Of a stretch of DNA of 22,919 nt, positions 1 through 9,442 are shown piece by piece. A program made the position numbers and the translations under genes. The stretch is from Abditibacteriaceae bacterium (GTDB lineage Bacteria; Armatimonadota; Abditibacteriia; Abditibacteriales; Abditibacteriaceae). How positions within the stretch are numbered: the first letter of the stretch is position 1; every line of letters starts with the position of its first letter. The stretch covers positions 1 through 22,919 of the forward strand of contig JANMKN010000371.1 of the NCBI GenBank assembly GCA_031372065.1. The letters run 5' to 3'. The notes under the pieces were generated by a model that ran no database searches, was not told the origin of the DNA, and saw nothing but the letters and a program-made list of their open reading frames with translations.

Positions 1-1
1 G

Positions 2-757
2 GCGCGCGTGGGCGGCAACGCTTGGAGCAACAGTTACTGGGGCGCGCTTTCCGATGATGGCGGCGCGACATGGCGCGAGTTCGGCCCCAAACGCAATGCG
101 CCCATCTTGCGCGTGGCTCTTGGCGCTACTGGCCCAGCCAACATGGTCGTTATCAATAGCAAAGCGCCCGCGCAGTTTTCTCGTGATGGCGGCAAGACCT
201 GGAATGAATGCGCTGGGCTTCCTAAAGGGCCGGAAGGCCCCTGGTATTGGGGGCGCCCGCTGGTTGCGGATACGGTTCGCGCGGGCGTGTTTTACGTAGC
301 GCAAGACAACAGTTTTTACCGCAGCGAAGACGAAGGCGCGACGTGGCAAAAGCGGGGAGATGTGCCCGATGATTGGCGCGGCGCGCTTGCGGCGCGTGCT
401 AAAGTCGCGGGCGAGTTATGGCGCAGCGCGGGCGATAAAGGCTTGTTTCGCTCGCTGGATGGCGGGCAGAACTGGCAGAAAATCGCCGCTATCGAAAGCG
501 CATCTCTCTTGGCGACCGGCGAGGTAACAGGCGCTTTCGCTGTCTTCGTGCTGGGCAAAATGGGCGGACAAAATGGTTTGTTTCGCTCGCTGGACGAAGG
601 AAAAAATTGGCAGAAAATTGAAAACGCCCAGGGGTTTACACCTGGCGACGAACCGAACTGCATGACACTCAGCGGTAACGGCGACGGCGCGGTTTTTATC
701 GGCACCAACGGGCGCGGCGTGTTCGTGGGCAGGCCCGCTTTCTTGCCCAATGAATAA
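2..757 (+). CDS. Asp-box (BNR) repeat beta-propeller protein, GH74 xyloglucanase/sialidase-like, C-terminal part (5' end outside window)
   Basis: Frame is open from the window edge. Five S-x-D-x-G-x-T/N-W Asp-boxes (SDDGGATW, SRDGGKTW, SEDEGATW, SLDGGQNW, SLDEGKNW). Ends in VFIGTNGRGVFVG, typical of GH74-like propellers. Tandem stops TAA TAG. Confidence 0.8.
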   Translation, partial: ARVGGNAWSNSYWGALSDDGGATWREFGPKRNAPILRVALGATGPANMVVINSKAPAQFSRDGGKTWNECAGLPKGPEGPWYWGRPLVADTVRAGVFYVAQDNSFYRSEDEGATWQKRGDVPDDWRGALAARAKVAGELWRSAGDKGLFRSLDGGQNWQKIAAIESASLLATGEVTGAFAVFVLGKMGGQNGLFRSLDEGKNWQKIENAQGFTPGDEPNCMTLSGNGDGAVFIGTNGRGVFVGRPAFLPNE

Positions 758-762
758 TAGCG

Positions 763-786
763 AGTTCGGTCAAATTTGACCGGGCT
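763..786. repeat. 24-bp intergenic palindrome (REP-like), copy 1
   Basis: AGTTCGGTCAAATTTGACCGGGCT is self-complementary with two G-T pairs. Bases 762-789 match the reverse complement of 9401-9428 at 23/28 positions. Confidence 0.7.
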
Positions 787-798
787 TCAAAGGCACAA

Positions 799-2055
799 AT
801 GCATACTTCGCTTCCTCCACTTCAAGTTCACCCCGACGGACGTTTTCTGCAATGGCAAGACGGCGCGCCATTTTTCTACATGGCCGATACCGGCTGGACA
901 ATGCTGGCGCGCCTCACCCGCGACGAGATTGACTTTTACCTGCGTGAGCGCGCCGCCAAAGGCTTCAACGTCGTGCAAACGATGGGCATTATGGAATTCG
1001 ACGGGCTGCATACGCCCAACCGCGAAGGCCATGTTCCGCTGCTGGGCGACGACCCCACAACGCCCAACGCGGCCTATTGGGAAATCTGTGATTACGCCGT
1101 CCTGCGCGCCGCAGAGCTTGGACTGGTGCTGGCGATTGTTCCGGCGTGGGGCGACAAATGGTATCGGCGGCGCGGCGCCGGGCCGGAGATTTTCACGCCG
1201 GAAAATGCCTTCGCGTTCGGCAAATGGTTGGGCGCGCGTTACGCGAATCAAACTGTGATTTGGCTTTTGGGCGGCGACCGCGAATTTCTCACGGAGCGGC
1301 ACCGCGAAATCACGCGGCAAATGGCGCTTGGCATTCAAAGCGGCGACGGCGGGCGCAACCTGATTTCCGTTCATCCGGCCTCGCATGAATCGTCATCGCT
1401 GCATTTTCACGACGAAAAGTGGCTGGCGTTTTCGATGTGGCAAACCGGCCACCATTACTTTGATGAAATCACCAATCAATTCATTACGTTGGATTACCAT
1501 CGCAAACCCGCCAAGCCGGTGATTGATGGCGAACCGTGCTACGAAGATCATCCCGCGTGGAAAATGGCCATCGAGCCGAAGCCTTATTTTTCCGATTATG
1601 AAGTGCGAAAAGCGATTTACCGCGCGGTTTTCGCCGGAGCGTTCGGCGCGACTTATGGCGCGAACGGCGTTTTTCAAAACCATGTCGAAGGTTTGGTGCC
1701 GGGCTTTGGCGTGCGTTTGGAATGGCGCGATGCGCTGAATCTTCCGGCTTCGTCGCAGATGCATTTCTTACGCAATCTCATCGAATCCAGACCGTTTTTC
1801 ACGCGCGTGCCGCGCCCCGATTTAGTCGAAAACAACACTTTGGTTGCGACCGGCGATGCCGAAGGTTCGTTCGCCCTCGTTTATCTGCCGCGCGGGGGCA
1901 AAGTGGAAGTGAAACTCGAACTTTTACGCAGCGAAGCAAAATGCGAGTGGTTCAACCCTCGCACCGGTGAAACAACACCCGCAACCGCGTCCGAAGACGG
2001 CGTTTTCAACGCGCCTGATGCGCGCGATTGGGTGCTTTGCTTGGACGCAGCATGA
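799..2055 (+). CDS. DUF4038/GH140 apiosidase-like glycoside hydrolase with C-terminal putative collagen-binding domain; no signal peptide
   Basis: Motifs PFFYMADTGW, RAAKGFNVVQ, WLLGGD, QTGH, PVIDGEPCYE, GATYGANGVF and C-terminal WFNPRTG...DWVL. Confidence 0.85.
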   Translation: MHTSLPPLQVHPDGRFLQWQDGAPFFYMADTGWTMLARLTRDEIDFYLRERAAKGFNVVQTMGIMEFDGLHTPNREGHVPLLGDDPTTPNAAYWEICDYAVLRAAELGLVLAIVPAWGDKWYRRRGAGPEIFTPENAFAFGKWLGARYANQTVIWLLGGDREFLTERHREITRQMALGIQSGDGGRNLISVHPASHESSSLHFHDEKWLAFSMWQTGHHYFDEITNQFITLDYHRKPAKPVIDGEPCYEDHPAWKMAIEPKPYFSDYEVRKAIYRAVFAGAFGATYGANGVFQNHVEGLVPGFGVRLEWRDALNLPASSQMHFLRNLIESRPFFTRVPRPDLVENNTLVATGDAEGSFALVYLPRGGKVEVKLELLRSEAKCEWFNPRTGETTPATASEDGVFNAPDARDWVLCLDAA

Positions 2056-2111
2056 AACGGCGGGGCGAAGATCATTCTTGCTCCTTCAACGGAGCTTTAT
2101 TCAGGAGAAAA

Positions 2112-3491
2112 ATGAAAGCGTCTTCAAAATTATCAGTTCATAATCGTCGGGCGAACTTTGCGCCGGTTGTTGCTGCGGGCTTGCTGCTGGCAGCGACATC
2201 TCTGGCTTCGGCTGATCCCGTGACTGCAAAAAAAGCGGATGCTTTTGTGGATTCCATCGGGGTCAACATCCACCTCGGCTACGATTACGGCGGCAGTCCT
2301 TACCTCAATGTCGCCGGTCTCAAGGCTCGCTTGCAGGAGATGGGAATTCGTCACACCCGCGACGGATTCGAAAGCCCGTTGTTTAAAAACTGGGTCAAAA
2401 GCCGCCACAACGAGCTGGGACAAGCGGGCATCAAAGGCACTTTCCTCGCCGGTGGAAAATACAAAAAAACGCAGGATGGGCCGGTTGTCACTTTGACGCC
2501 CGCCGAATGTTTGCAGTCCGCCGACCTCATGCCGGATGCCGTTGAAGCCATCGAAGGGCAGAACGAAATCCTCAATATCTACGTGAAATGGGATGACGCC
2601 AAGCGCGATGCGGCCCGCAAGTATCATCAGGAGTTGTTCGCCGCCGTCAAAGCATCTCCGGTTTGGAAAAACACGCCGGTTATCGGCCCGACGTGTGTCG
2701 GCAACAAGGCTTATGAGGCGCTCGGCGATCTGAGCGCCTTCATGGATTTCGGCAACGCCCATTCGTATCCTTTGGGGCCGGCGCCTGCCGTTCCCGAATC
2801 GGGCTTTTTCAAAGAATTGATCGGAGCGAACTATGTGGCGCCCGGCAAACAGCTTTTGACGACCGAAACGGGTTATACGACGGGAACTTCAGATACGGGA
2901 AATCAGCGCGTGAGTCCCGCCGCTGCGGGTAAATATGCGCCGCGTCTTTATCTGGAAAATTTCAATCGGGGAATGCTGCGCTCTTTCTGGTATGAATTCG
3001 CGGATCAGGGCACAAGCGGTTCTCAGGAAAAAACCTTTGGTCTGGTGACTCAGAGTCACGAATACAAGCCCCAGGGCGCCGCGATTCGCAACTTGACGGT
3101 TTTGCTCAAGGACGCGACGTTCAATGCCACCACGCGACAATGGGAGTCGCCGGCTTTTGATGCGGGCGTTTTGGATTACACGCTTTCCGGCGCGACCGCG
3201 AACGTGCATTCGAGCCTGCTGCAAAAAAGCGATGGCAAGTTTTTTCTTTGCTTGTGGCAGGAAGTGAATTCCTACAACATCGCCAACAACGTCGAGGCCG
3301 ACATCCAAAATCCTGATGTCGCGGTGACATTGAGCTTAAAAACGCCGATTGCTTCGGCGGCTTCTTATCTGCCGACTTCCGGCACTACGGCTTCGGCGCT
3401 GGCCATTGCCAACAACCAGATTGCTTTAAATGTTCCCGATCAGGTTTTGATTGTCGAACTGACTCCGGCAACGGCACCCAAACCGAGGTGA
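2112..3491 (+). CDS. Secreted clan GH-A-like (GH5/GH39-related) glycoside hydrolase, unassigned family
   Basis: Start moved to ATG 2112, which follows AGGAGA. Signal peptide ends ...LASA-DP. Motifs ADAFVDSIGVNIH, EGQNE (candidate acid/base), NAHSY, TETGY (candidate nucleophile), WYEFAD. C-terminal beta-sandwich-like region. Confidence 0.7.
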   Translation: MKASSKLSVHNRRANFAPVVAAGLLLAATSLASADPVTAKKADAFVDSIGVNIHLGYDYGGSPYLNVAGLKARLQEMGIRHTRDGFESPLFKNWVKSRHNELGQAGIKGTFLAGGKYKKTQDGPVVTLTPAECLQSADLMPDAVEAIEGQNEILNIYVKWDDAKRDAARKYHQELFAAVKASPVWKNTPVIGPTCVGNKAYEALGDLSAFMDFGNAHSYPLGPAPAVPESGFFKELIGANYVAPGKQLLTTETGYTTGTSDTGNQRVSPAAAGKYAPRLYLENFNRGMLRSFWYEFADQGTSGSQEKTFGLVTQSHEYKPQGAAIRNLTVLLKDATFNATTRQWESPAFDAGVLDYTLSGATANVHSSLLQKSDGKFFLCLWQEVNSYNIANNVEADIQNPDVAVTLSLKTPIASAASYLPTSGTTASALAIANNQIALNVPDQVLIVELTPATAPKPR

Positions 3492-3548
3492 AGAACACGC
3501 AGGACGAACGGCAGAGTCCGATAGAAAATCGAAAAGGACACCAAACCC

Positions 3549-4949
3549 ATGAAGAATCCGACTTTTGCCCGCACCTTACTTGTCGCGCTGCTTTTGGTGC
3601 CTGTAATGAGCGTGTCTTGTCTGGCCGATGATTTAAAGCCACAGCGTTTGGCGCAGTTGGCACCCGCAGAAAACGCGCCTCAAAAAACTATGCAAACACA
3701 ATTTTCGCTTCATGCCAGCGCCGATGGCCGCTATCTGGTGGACGCGGCGAACAAGCCGTTTTTCTATCAGGCCGACACGCCGTGGATGATGCTGTTACAG
3801 CTCACGCTGCCTGAAGCCGAAGAATATATGACCGACCGCAAAGCCAAAGGCTTTTCGGCGCTGCAAATCATGATGACCGGCTTTTACGGCATGAAAAACC
3901 GCGACGGGCACTTGCCTTTCATCAATGACGACTTTTCTCAGCCCAACGAAGCGTTTTTCGCGCACGCCGACAAAGTGATTCAAAAAGCCTCCGACATGAG
4001 AATGTTCCTGATGATCGCGCCGCTGTGGTCGGGCTGCTGCGGCGAAGGTTGGGCAGGCAAGGACAAGGAAGGCAAGCTCAAACCGCTCAACGTGAACGGG
4101 TCGGAAAAAGCGCAGCAGTGGGGCCGCTGGCTTGGCGAGCGCTATCGCAAATACGATCACATCGCGTGGCTCATGGGCGGCGACAAGAATCCCGGCGAGT
4201 CGCACGAACTAATTCGCCAATTGGCGCGCGGCATCCACGAAGGCGCGCCGCGTCATTTGATGGCTGTCCACAACGCGCCGGAAAATTCCAGCGCCGCATT
4301 TTACGACGACCAGTCGTGGCTGACTTTAAACGCCGCCTACACTTACCGCGAAGTGTTCGGCCATATTTTCGGCGAGTGGAAGCGCACCAAAAACGTGCGT
4401 CCGATTTTCCTGTCCGAATCGGGTTACGAACACGAATCCAACGACGGACGCGGCGGCGTGCCTTTTCGCCTGCGCCGCCAAGCTTACGGCGCGATTCTTT
4501 CCGGCGCGCTGGCCGGTCACGCCTACGGGCACCGCGATTTGTGGCGCGTCAACGATAAATGGCGCGAAAGTCTGCAAGATGCCGGCGCCAAGCAAATGAG
4601 TTTCGTCCCTCGCCTTTTCGCCACACGCGCGTGGTGGAAATTGCAGCCCGAAGCCGCCGAGGAGTTGGTAACGCAGGGGCGCGGCAAAGTCGGCGAAAAC
4701 GACTACGCAACCGCCGCGCGTGCTGGCGATGGCACGCTGGCGATTATTTACATTCCGAAATCGCACCCGATTTCGGTAAATCTCGCTCTTTTCGCCTCGC
4801 CGATGCGGGCGAATTGGTTCGACCCCACCGACGGCAGTTTGAAACCGGCGCACACCGAGATTTTGCCCAACACGGGCAGCCGCGAATTCGCGCCGCCGGA
4901 GAAAAACGCAGCGGGCGAAAGCGACTGGATTTTGCTGTTGGAACAATAG
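3549..4949 (+). CDS. Secreted DUF4038/GH140 apiosidase-like glycoside hydrolase with putative collagen-binding domain
   Basis: N-terminal signal peptide and AAGGA upstream. Motifs PFFYQADTPW, RKAKGFSALQ, WLMGGD, LSESGYE, GHAYG and WFDPTDG...DWILLL. Confidence 0.85.
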   Translation: MKNPTFARTLLVALLLVPVMSVSCLADDLKPQRLAQLAPAENAPQKTMQTQFSLHASADGRYLVDAANKPFFYQADTPWMMLLQLTLPEAEEYMTDRKAKGFSALQIMMTGFYGMKNRDGHLPFINDDFSQPNEAFFAHADKVIQKASDMRMFLMIAPLWSGCCGEGWAGKDKEGKLKPLNVNGSEKAQQWGRWLGERYRKYDHIAWLMGGDKNPGESHELIRQLARGIHEGAPRHLMAVHNAPENSSAAFYDDQSWLTLNAAYTYREVFGHIFGEWKRTKNVRPIFLSESGYEHESNDGRGGVPFRLRRQAYGAILSGALAGHAYGHRDLWRVNDKWRESLQDAGAKQMSFVPRLFATRAWWKLQPEAAEELVTQGRGKVGENDYATAARAGDGTLAIIYIPKSHPISVNLALFASPMRANWFDPTDGSLKPAHTEILPNTGSREFAPPEKNAAGESDWILLLEQ

Positions 4950-5011
4950 GCGATGATTTTCACCCGCCCTGTTTAAGGCCAATCCATTCGCCGTTTTATT
5001 TTCGTTGACAT

Positions 5012-6103
5012 ATGAAAATTACTTATCTCGAAGGCTTTCACGTTTTGTGGGAGCAGGGCAAAAGCGCGTGGGTGCGCGTGACGGCGGAAAACGGGCTGTG
5101 CGGCTGGGGCGAAATTTCGCCGATGGCAGGCGGCAACGCTTCGCTCGAACTGGTCAATAATTTCGCGCACTTAGTGGTTGGAAAGAACGCACTTGATACG
5201 CGCCTGATTTACGAGCGTATCCTTGCCGACTTCATCAAATTGGGGCCGGATGGCGCGATGGCGGGCGCGCTGGCAGCCGTTGATGTCGCCTTATGGGACT
5301 TGAAAGGCAAACTTCTCGGCCAGCCGATTTATCAGCTTTTGGGCGGTGCGCGGCGCAAGAAGCTGCCGTTTTACGCTTCGATTGGCGGCAACGCGCATCG
5401 CTCGATTGACGACTTGAAACGCGAAATCGAAGCGTGGATGCCGCTGCAACCTTCGCTGGTCAAAATCCGTTTCGACGGCGACAAAACTCTGCGCGACACC
5501 GATTTATCCGGCGACATCGCCAAAGTGCGCGCCGTGCGCGAAATGCTGGGCGACGACTTTTTGCTCGCTTTCGACGCCAATAACACTTACAGCGTCGCGG
5601 GCGCGATTCGTGTCGGGCGCGTTTTGGAAGAACTTGGTTTCGCGTGGTTTGAAGAACCCGTCGCGCATCTGGCAATGCACAGCTTCGAGAAAATCTGCGC
5701 CAAATTGGATATTCCGGTCGCGGCGGGCGAACAGGAATACACGCTGCGCGGCGTGAAGACTCTGCTGGACGCGGGCGTTTCGATTTTGCAGCCTGACATC
5801 GCTAAAACCGGCGGCTTCACAGGCTTGCTCGATATGGCCGGACTCATCAAATCTTACGGCGCCGACTTTGTGCCGCACCAAACGCAACCCTTTTTGGCGA
5901 ACGCCGCCAATCTGCATTTTGTGGCGGCGCTTCCGCATTCGCATCATCCGTGCGAACTCAACGACCGCTCGTTCCGGCAAAATCACGCGCTGAAATCGCC
6001 CGTCACTTTGAAAGACGGCTGCTTTGAACTCTCCGACGCACCTGGCCTGGGTTTGGAATGGGATGAAACCGCGTTGAACGCGCGCCTGCAAAAATGGAAA
6101 TAA
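5012..6103 (+). CDS. Mandelate racemase/muconate lactonizing enzyme family (enolase superfamily), probable acid-sugar dehydratase
   Basis: N-terminal GWGE and AVDVALWDLKGKLLGQPIYQLLGG. Metal ligands in DAN, EEP and GEQE. QPD motif and His in VPHQ. Confidence 0.92.
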   Translation: MKITYLEGFHVLWEQGKSAWVRVTAENGLCGWGEISPMAGGNASLELVNNFAHLVVGKNALDTRLIYERILADFIKLGPDGAMAGALAAVDVALWDLKGKLLGQPIYQLLGGARRKKLPFYASIGGNAHRSIDDLKREIEAWMPLQPSLVKIRFDGDKTLRDTDLSGDIAKVRAVREMLGDDFLLAFDANNTYSVAGAIRVGRVLEELGFAWFEEPVAHLAMHSFEKICAKLDIPVAAGEQEYTLRGVKTLLDAGVSILQPDIAKTGGFTGLLDMAGLIKSYGADFVPHQTQPFLANAANLHFVAALPHSHHPCELNDRSFRQNHALKSPVTLKDGCFELSDAPGLGLEWDETALNARLQKWK

Positions 6104-8214
6104 CACCGCCGATTCCGTGGTTTCAGCGCGTTCGGCGCTGGGGACAGACCAACTTAACCGAAAGCGATGCGCGCGATTACGACTTCGATTTCTGGCGCAA
6201 TTACTGGCGCGAAACCAAAATCGGCGGCGTGATCGTCAATGCGGGCGGCATCGTCGCTTATTATCCGTCCCGCTTCGCGCTGCACAACCGCGCGCAGTTT
6301 TTGGGCGAACGCGATTTATTCGGCGAAATCACCGCCCTTGCGCGTGAAGAAAATCTGGCGGTCTTAGCGCGCATGGATTCCAACCGCGCGAGTCAAGCGT
6401 TTTTTGAAACGCATCCCGACTGGTTTTGCCGCGACCAAAGCGGCGCGCCGATTGTGGCGGGCGGGCGTTATGTTTCGTGTGTCAACGGGCCGTATTACCG
6501 CGAATGGATTCCGCAGATTTTAGCCGAAATCATCGAACGCAGCGCGCCTGATGGTTTCGCCGACAACAGTTGGAGCGGTCTGGGGCGCGGCACGATTTGC
6601 TATTGCCAGAACTGCCGCGATTGGGCAGAATTGCCCGAAAAAGCCGATTGGGACGACCCGATTTATCGGGCTTGGATCGAGAAAAACTACGCGCGGCGTT
6701 TGGAAATCTGGGACGAATTCAACACCTTAACGAAGCGTTTGGGCGGCGCCCATTGTTTGTGGCTCGGCATGGTGTGCGCCGACCCGTTGGATAATTGCGG
6801 CACGTTTCGTTCGATGCGGGAAATCGCGCAACGCACGCCGTTTTTGCTGCTTGACGCGCAATGGCGCACCGCCAACGGCCCGTTTGCGCGCAACGCGACG
6901 GCGGGCAAACGCTGGCACGAACTCGGCGGCTGGGATTGGCCGATTGCCGAAAGCATGGCGCAGTATCAGGGCAATTCGCCGACGTTCCGGCGCACCGCGC
7001 AAAACGCGCCCGAAGCGCGCCTGTGGATGCAAAGCGGGTTCGCCGGAAACCTGCGTCCGTGGTGGCATCACGTCGGCGCGGCGCAAGGCGATAAGCGCCA
7101 GTTCCAAACTCCGCCCGCAGTTTTTTCTTGGCACGCGCAACACGAAGACTTGCTGAAAAACCGCGAGCCAATTGCCGATGTCGCGGTTTTGTGGTCGCAG
7201 CGCAACCTCGATTTGCATGGCCGCGAACAGGCGAGGGAACGGGTTCTGGCACCTAATACCGGCGTTTGCGACGCCTTGATGCGCGCACGCATTCCGTTTC
7301 TGCCGCTTCATGTCGAGGATTTAGCAACTCAACTGGCGCGTTTTCGAGTTTTGGTCTTACCGGAAATCGGCGTCTTGAGCGCGGAGAATTGCAAAACCGT
7401 GCGCGATTGGGTGGAGCAGGGCGGCGGTTTAGTCGCGTCGGGTGAAGTCGCGCGGCGCGAGGAAAACGGCGATTGGCAGGGCGAATTCGGTCTGGCCGAT
7501 GTATTGGGAATCGCCGCGACCGCACAAAACGAGGGAATTTTAAGCGGCGCCGATGTCGGTTGGGAAGCGGCACAGCGCCACTCCTATTTGCAAATTAAAG
7601 CGCCGTCGCATCTCGTTTTCGATGGACTTGAAGACACCGATATTTTGCCGTTCGGCGGCGTTTTGACGGGCGCTAAACCAAACGGCGCGCAGGTTTTAGC
7701 GACTTATTTGCCGCCGTTTCCGATTTATCCGCCGGAAACCGCGTGGTTCCAATCGCCGCCAAATTCGCTGCCCGCCGTTTTCGCTCACGGATTTGGCGCG
7801 GGCCGGAGCATTTATTTCGCCGCCGACATTGACCGCAGTTACGCGCGCGATGCGTTGCCCGACCACGCGAAACTTTTGGCGAATGCCGTTCGTTTCGCCG
7901 CCCAAAGCGCGATGCCGTTGGAAGTTTCCGGCGCGGGTTTGCTCGATTGCCATTTGTTCCGTCAGGAAAATCGGCTGATTTTGCATCTCGTCAACGAACA
8001 AAACGCCGCGCCCTCGCCGCTGCACGAGTTGGTCGCGGTTGGGCCACTGGAAATCAAAGTGCGGCGTGATATTTTGCCGGAAATCGAACTTTCTCAAGCC
8101 CGATTTTTGGTTGGTGAAACCTGTCATCGCATTCGGGAAGATAGCGATTGGTGGAAATTTTCGGTCGAAAAAATTCTCGACCATGAAGTCGTCGTTTTGG
8201 AGGCTACGCCTTGA
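6094..8214 (+). CDS. Putative glycoside hydrolase: GHL6-like TIM barrel plus beta-galactosidase trimerisation (GH42M/GATase-like) domain
   Basis: Motifs WGQTNLTE, NAGGIVAYYPS, RDLFGEI, ARMDSNR, YCQNC, PWWHHVGA, VAVLWSQRN, WVEQGGGLVASG, GAGRSIYF and ILHLVN. Overlaps the upstream gene by 10 bp. Confidence 0.75.
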   Translation: MEITPPIPWFQRVRRWGQTNLTESDARDYDFDFWRNYWRETKIGGVIVNAGGIVAYYPSRFALHNRAQFLGERDLFGEITALAREENLAVLARMDSNRASQAFFETHPDWFCRDQSGAPIVAGGRYVSCVNGPYYREWIPQILAEIIERSAPDGFADNSWSGLGRGTICYCQNCRDWAELPEKADWDDPIYRAWIEKNYARRLEIWDEFNTLTKRLGGAHCLWLGMVCADPLDNCGTFRSMREIAQRTPFLLLDAQWRTANGPFARNATAGKRWHELGGWDWPIAESMAQYQGNSPTFRRTAQNAPEARLWMQSGFAGNLRPWWHHVGAAQGDKRQFQTPPAVFSWHAQHEDLLKNREPIADVAVLWSQRNLDLHGREQARERVLAPNTGVCDALMRARIPFLPLHVEDLATQLARFRVLVLPEIGVLSAENCKTVRDWVEQGGGLVASGEVARREENGDWQGEFGLADVLGIAATAQNEGILSGADVGWEAAQRHSYLQIKAPSHLVFDGLEDTDILPFGGVLTGAKPNGAQVLATYLPPFPIYPPETAWFQSPPNSLPAVFAHGFGAGRSIYFAADIDRSYARDALPDHAKLLANAVRFAAQSAMPLEVSGAGLLDCHLFRQENRLILHLVNEQNAAPSPLHELVAVGPLEIKVRRDILPEIELSQARFLVGETCHRIREDSDWWKFSVEKILDHEVVVLEATP

Positions 8215-8229
8215 GTGGCGTTCGACCTT

Positions 8230-8247
8230 AAAGTTGAATTCAACTTT
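8230..8247. repeat. Perfect 18-bp palindrome AAAGTTGAATTCAACTTT (shares the core of the REP-like family, or an operator)
   Basis: Exact self-complementarity in the 61-bp gap before the beta-propeller gene. Core is GTTGAATTCAAC. Confidence 0.6.
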
Positions 8248-8275
8248 TATATTTAGCTGTTCCTGTGAGGAAACC

Positions 8276-9373
8276 ATGAAAAAATTGATGAAAAGCCTTT
8301 TCTGCTTCGCGGCCTTGCTGGTCGCGCTTTGCCTACGCGTCGAGGCCAAAGAGCAACATCTGCTGTATGTGGCTGCTCCCGGCATCCGCGACTATCTTGG
8401 AAACGGCGGGCATGGCATTCTCGTGTTCGACGCCGACAACAATCACAAATTCGTCAAGCGCATCCCTTTCGGCGGTCTCACAGATAAAGGCGTTCCGGCC
8501 CATGTGCTGGGCATCTGCGCCAGCGCTGCGACTAAACAGCTCTATGTCGGCACCAAAAGCTCGTTGTCCTGCATCGACCTGACAACGGACAAAATTCTGT
8601 GGGAAAAACCGCTGCCCAGCGACCGTCTCAACATCACGCCCGATGGCAAAGAACTTTATCAGCCCGTCTTGGCGGCGAAAAAATGGAGAGTTCTCGATGC
8701 CGCTACCGGCGACATCCTTAAACTCATTGAAGTCGAAGACGGAGGCGTGCATAACACCTTGATTCATCCCAATGGCAACCATGCTTATCTGGGAAGTATC
8801 AATTCGACCTTTTTGCGCGTAGCGGACACCAAAACGCGCGAAGTGGTTAAGAAAATCGGCCCGTTCAGCGTCGGCATCCGGCCTTTTACCGTGAACGGCA
8901 AAGCCACGCTTTGTTTTGTCAACGTCAACGGTCTGCTCGGTTTTGAAGTTGGCGACCTGACGACGGGCGAGAAACTCCACCGCGTTGAAGTGCAGGGCTT
9001 CAAAACCGGCCCAGTCAAGCGTCACGGCTGCCCCAGTCACGGCATTGGCCTGACGCCCGACGAAAAAGAATTGTGGATCGCCGACGGCTTTAACAAACAG
9101 ATGCACTATTTCGATGCGACGGTGATGCCGCCCAAGCAGATGGGCAGCATCGCGGTGCGCGATGATCCGGGCTGGGTCACGTTCAGCATTGACGGGCGCT
9201 ACGCGTATCCTTCAACCGGCGAAGTCGTTGACGTGGCGACGCACAAGATTGTGGCGACATTGAAAGACGAAGCAGGCCGCGCCGTTCAAAGTGAGAAGAT
9301 GCTGGAAATCGTTTTTGAAAACGGCCAGCCGATTCGTAACGGCGACCAGTTCGGCGTGGGCCGCGTGCAGTAG
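8276..9373 (+). CDS. Secreted YncE/YVTN-like beta-propeller protein
   Basis: Start moved to ATG 8276, which follows GAGG. Signal peptide ends ...VEA-KE. Repeated blades (ITPDGKELY, LTPDEKELW, FSIDGRYAY) and an HGCPSHGIG motif. Confidence 0.8.
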   Translation: MKKLMKSLFCFAALLVALCLRVEAKEQHLLYVAAPGIRDYLGNGGHGILVFDADNNHKFVKRIPFGGLTDKGVPAHVLGICASAATKQLYVGTKSSLSCIDLTTDKILWEKPLPSDRLNITPDGKELYQPVLAAKKWRVLDAATGDILKLIEVEDGGVHNTLIHPNGNHAYLGSINSTFLRVADTKTREVVKKIGPFSVGIRPFTVNGKATLCFVNVNGLLGFEVGDLTTGEKLHRVEVQGFKTGPVKRHGCPSHGIGLTPDEKELWIADGFNKQMHYFDATVMPPKQMGSIAVRDDPGWVTFSIDGRYAYPSTGEVVDVATHKIVATLKDEAGRAVQSEKMLEIVFENGQPIRNGDQFGVGRVQ

Positions 9374-9403
9374 AACGACCTTACTGTTCTGGAGTATTTC
9401 TGA

Positions 9404-9427
9404 AGTGCGGTTGAATTTGACCGCACT
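9404..9427. repeat. 24-bp intergenic palindrome (REP-like), copy 2
   Basis: AGTGCGGTTGAATTTGACCGCACT is self-complementary with two G-T pairs and is an inverted relative of 763-786. Confidence 0.7.
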
Positions 9428-9442
9428 CAGCAATCCAACATC

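Noticed and set aside
2080..2095. GCTCC-TTCAAC-GGAGC hairpin as a terminator
   Set aside because: Only a 5-bp stem with a short T-run, too weak to call.
2028..2111. Extended N-termini in the ORF track (2028, 8039, 18366)
   Set aside because: They overlap neighbours or precede clear RBS plus signal-peptide starts at 2112, 8276 and 18273.
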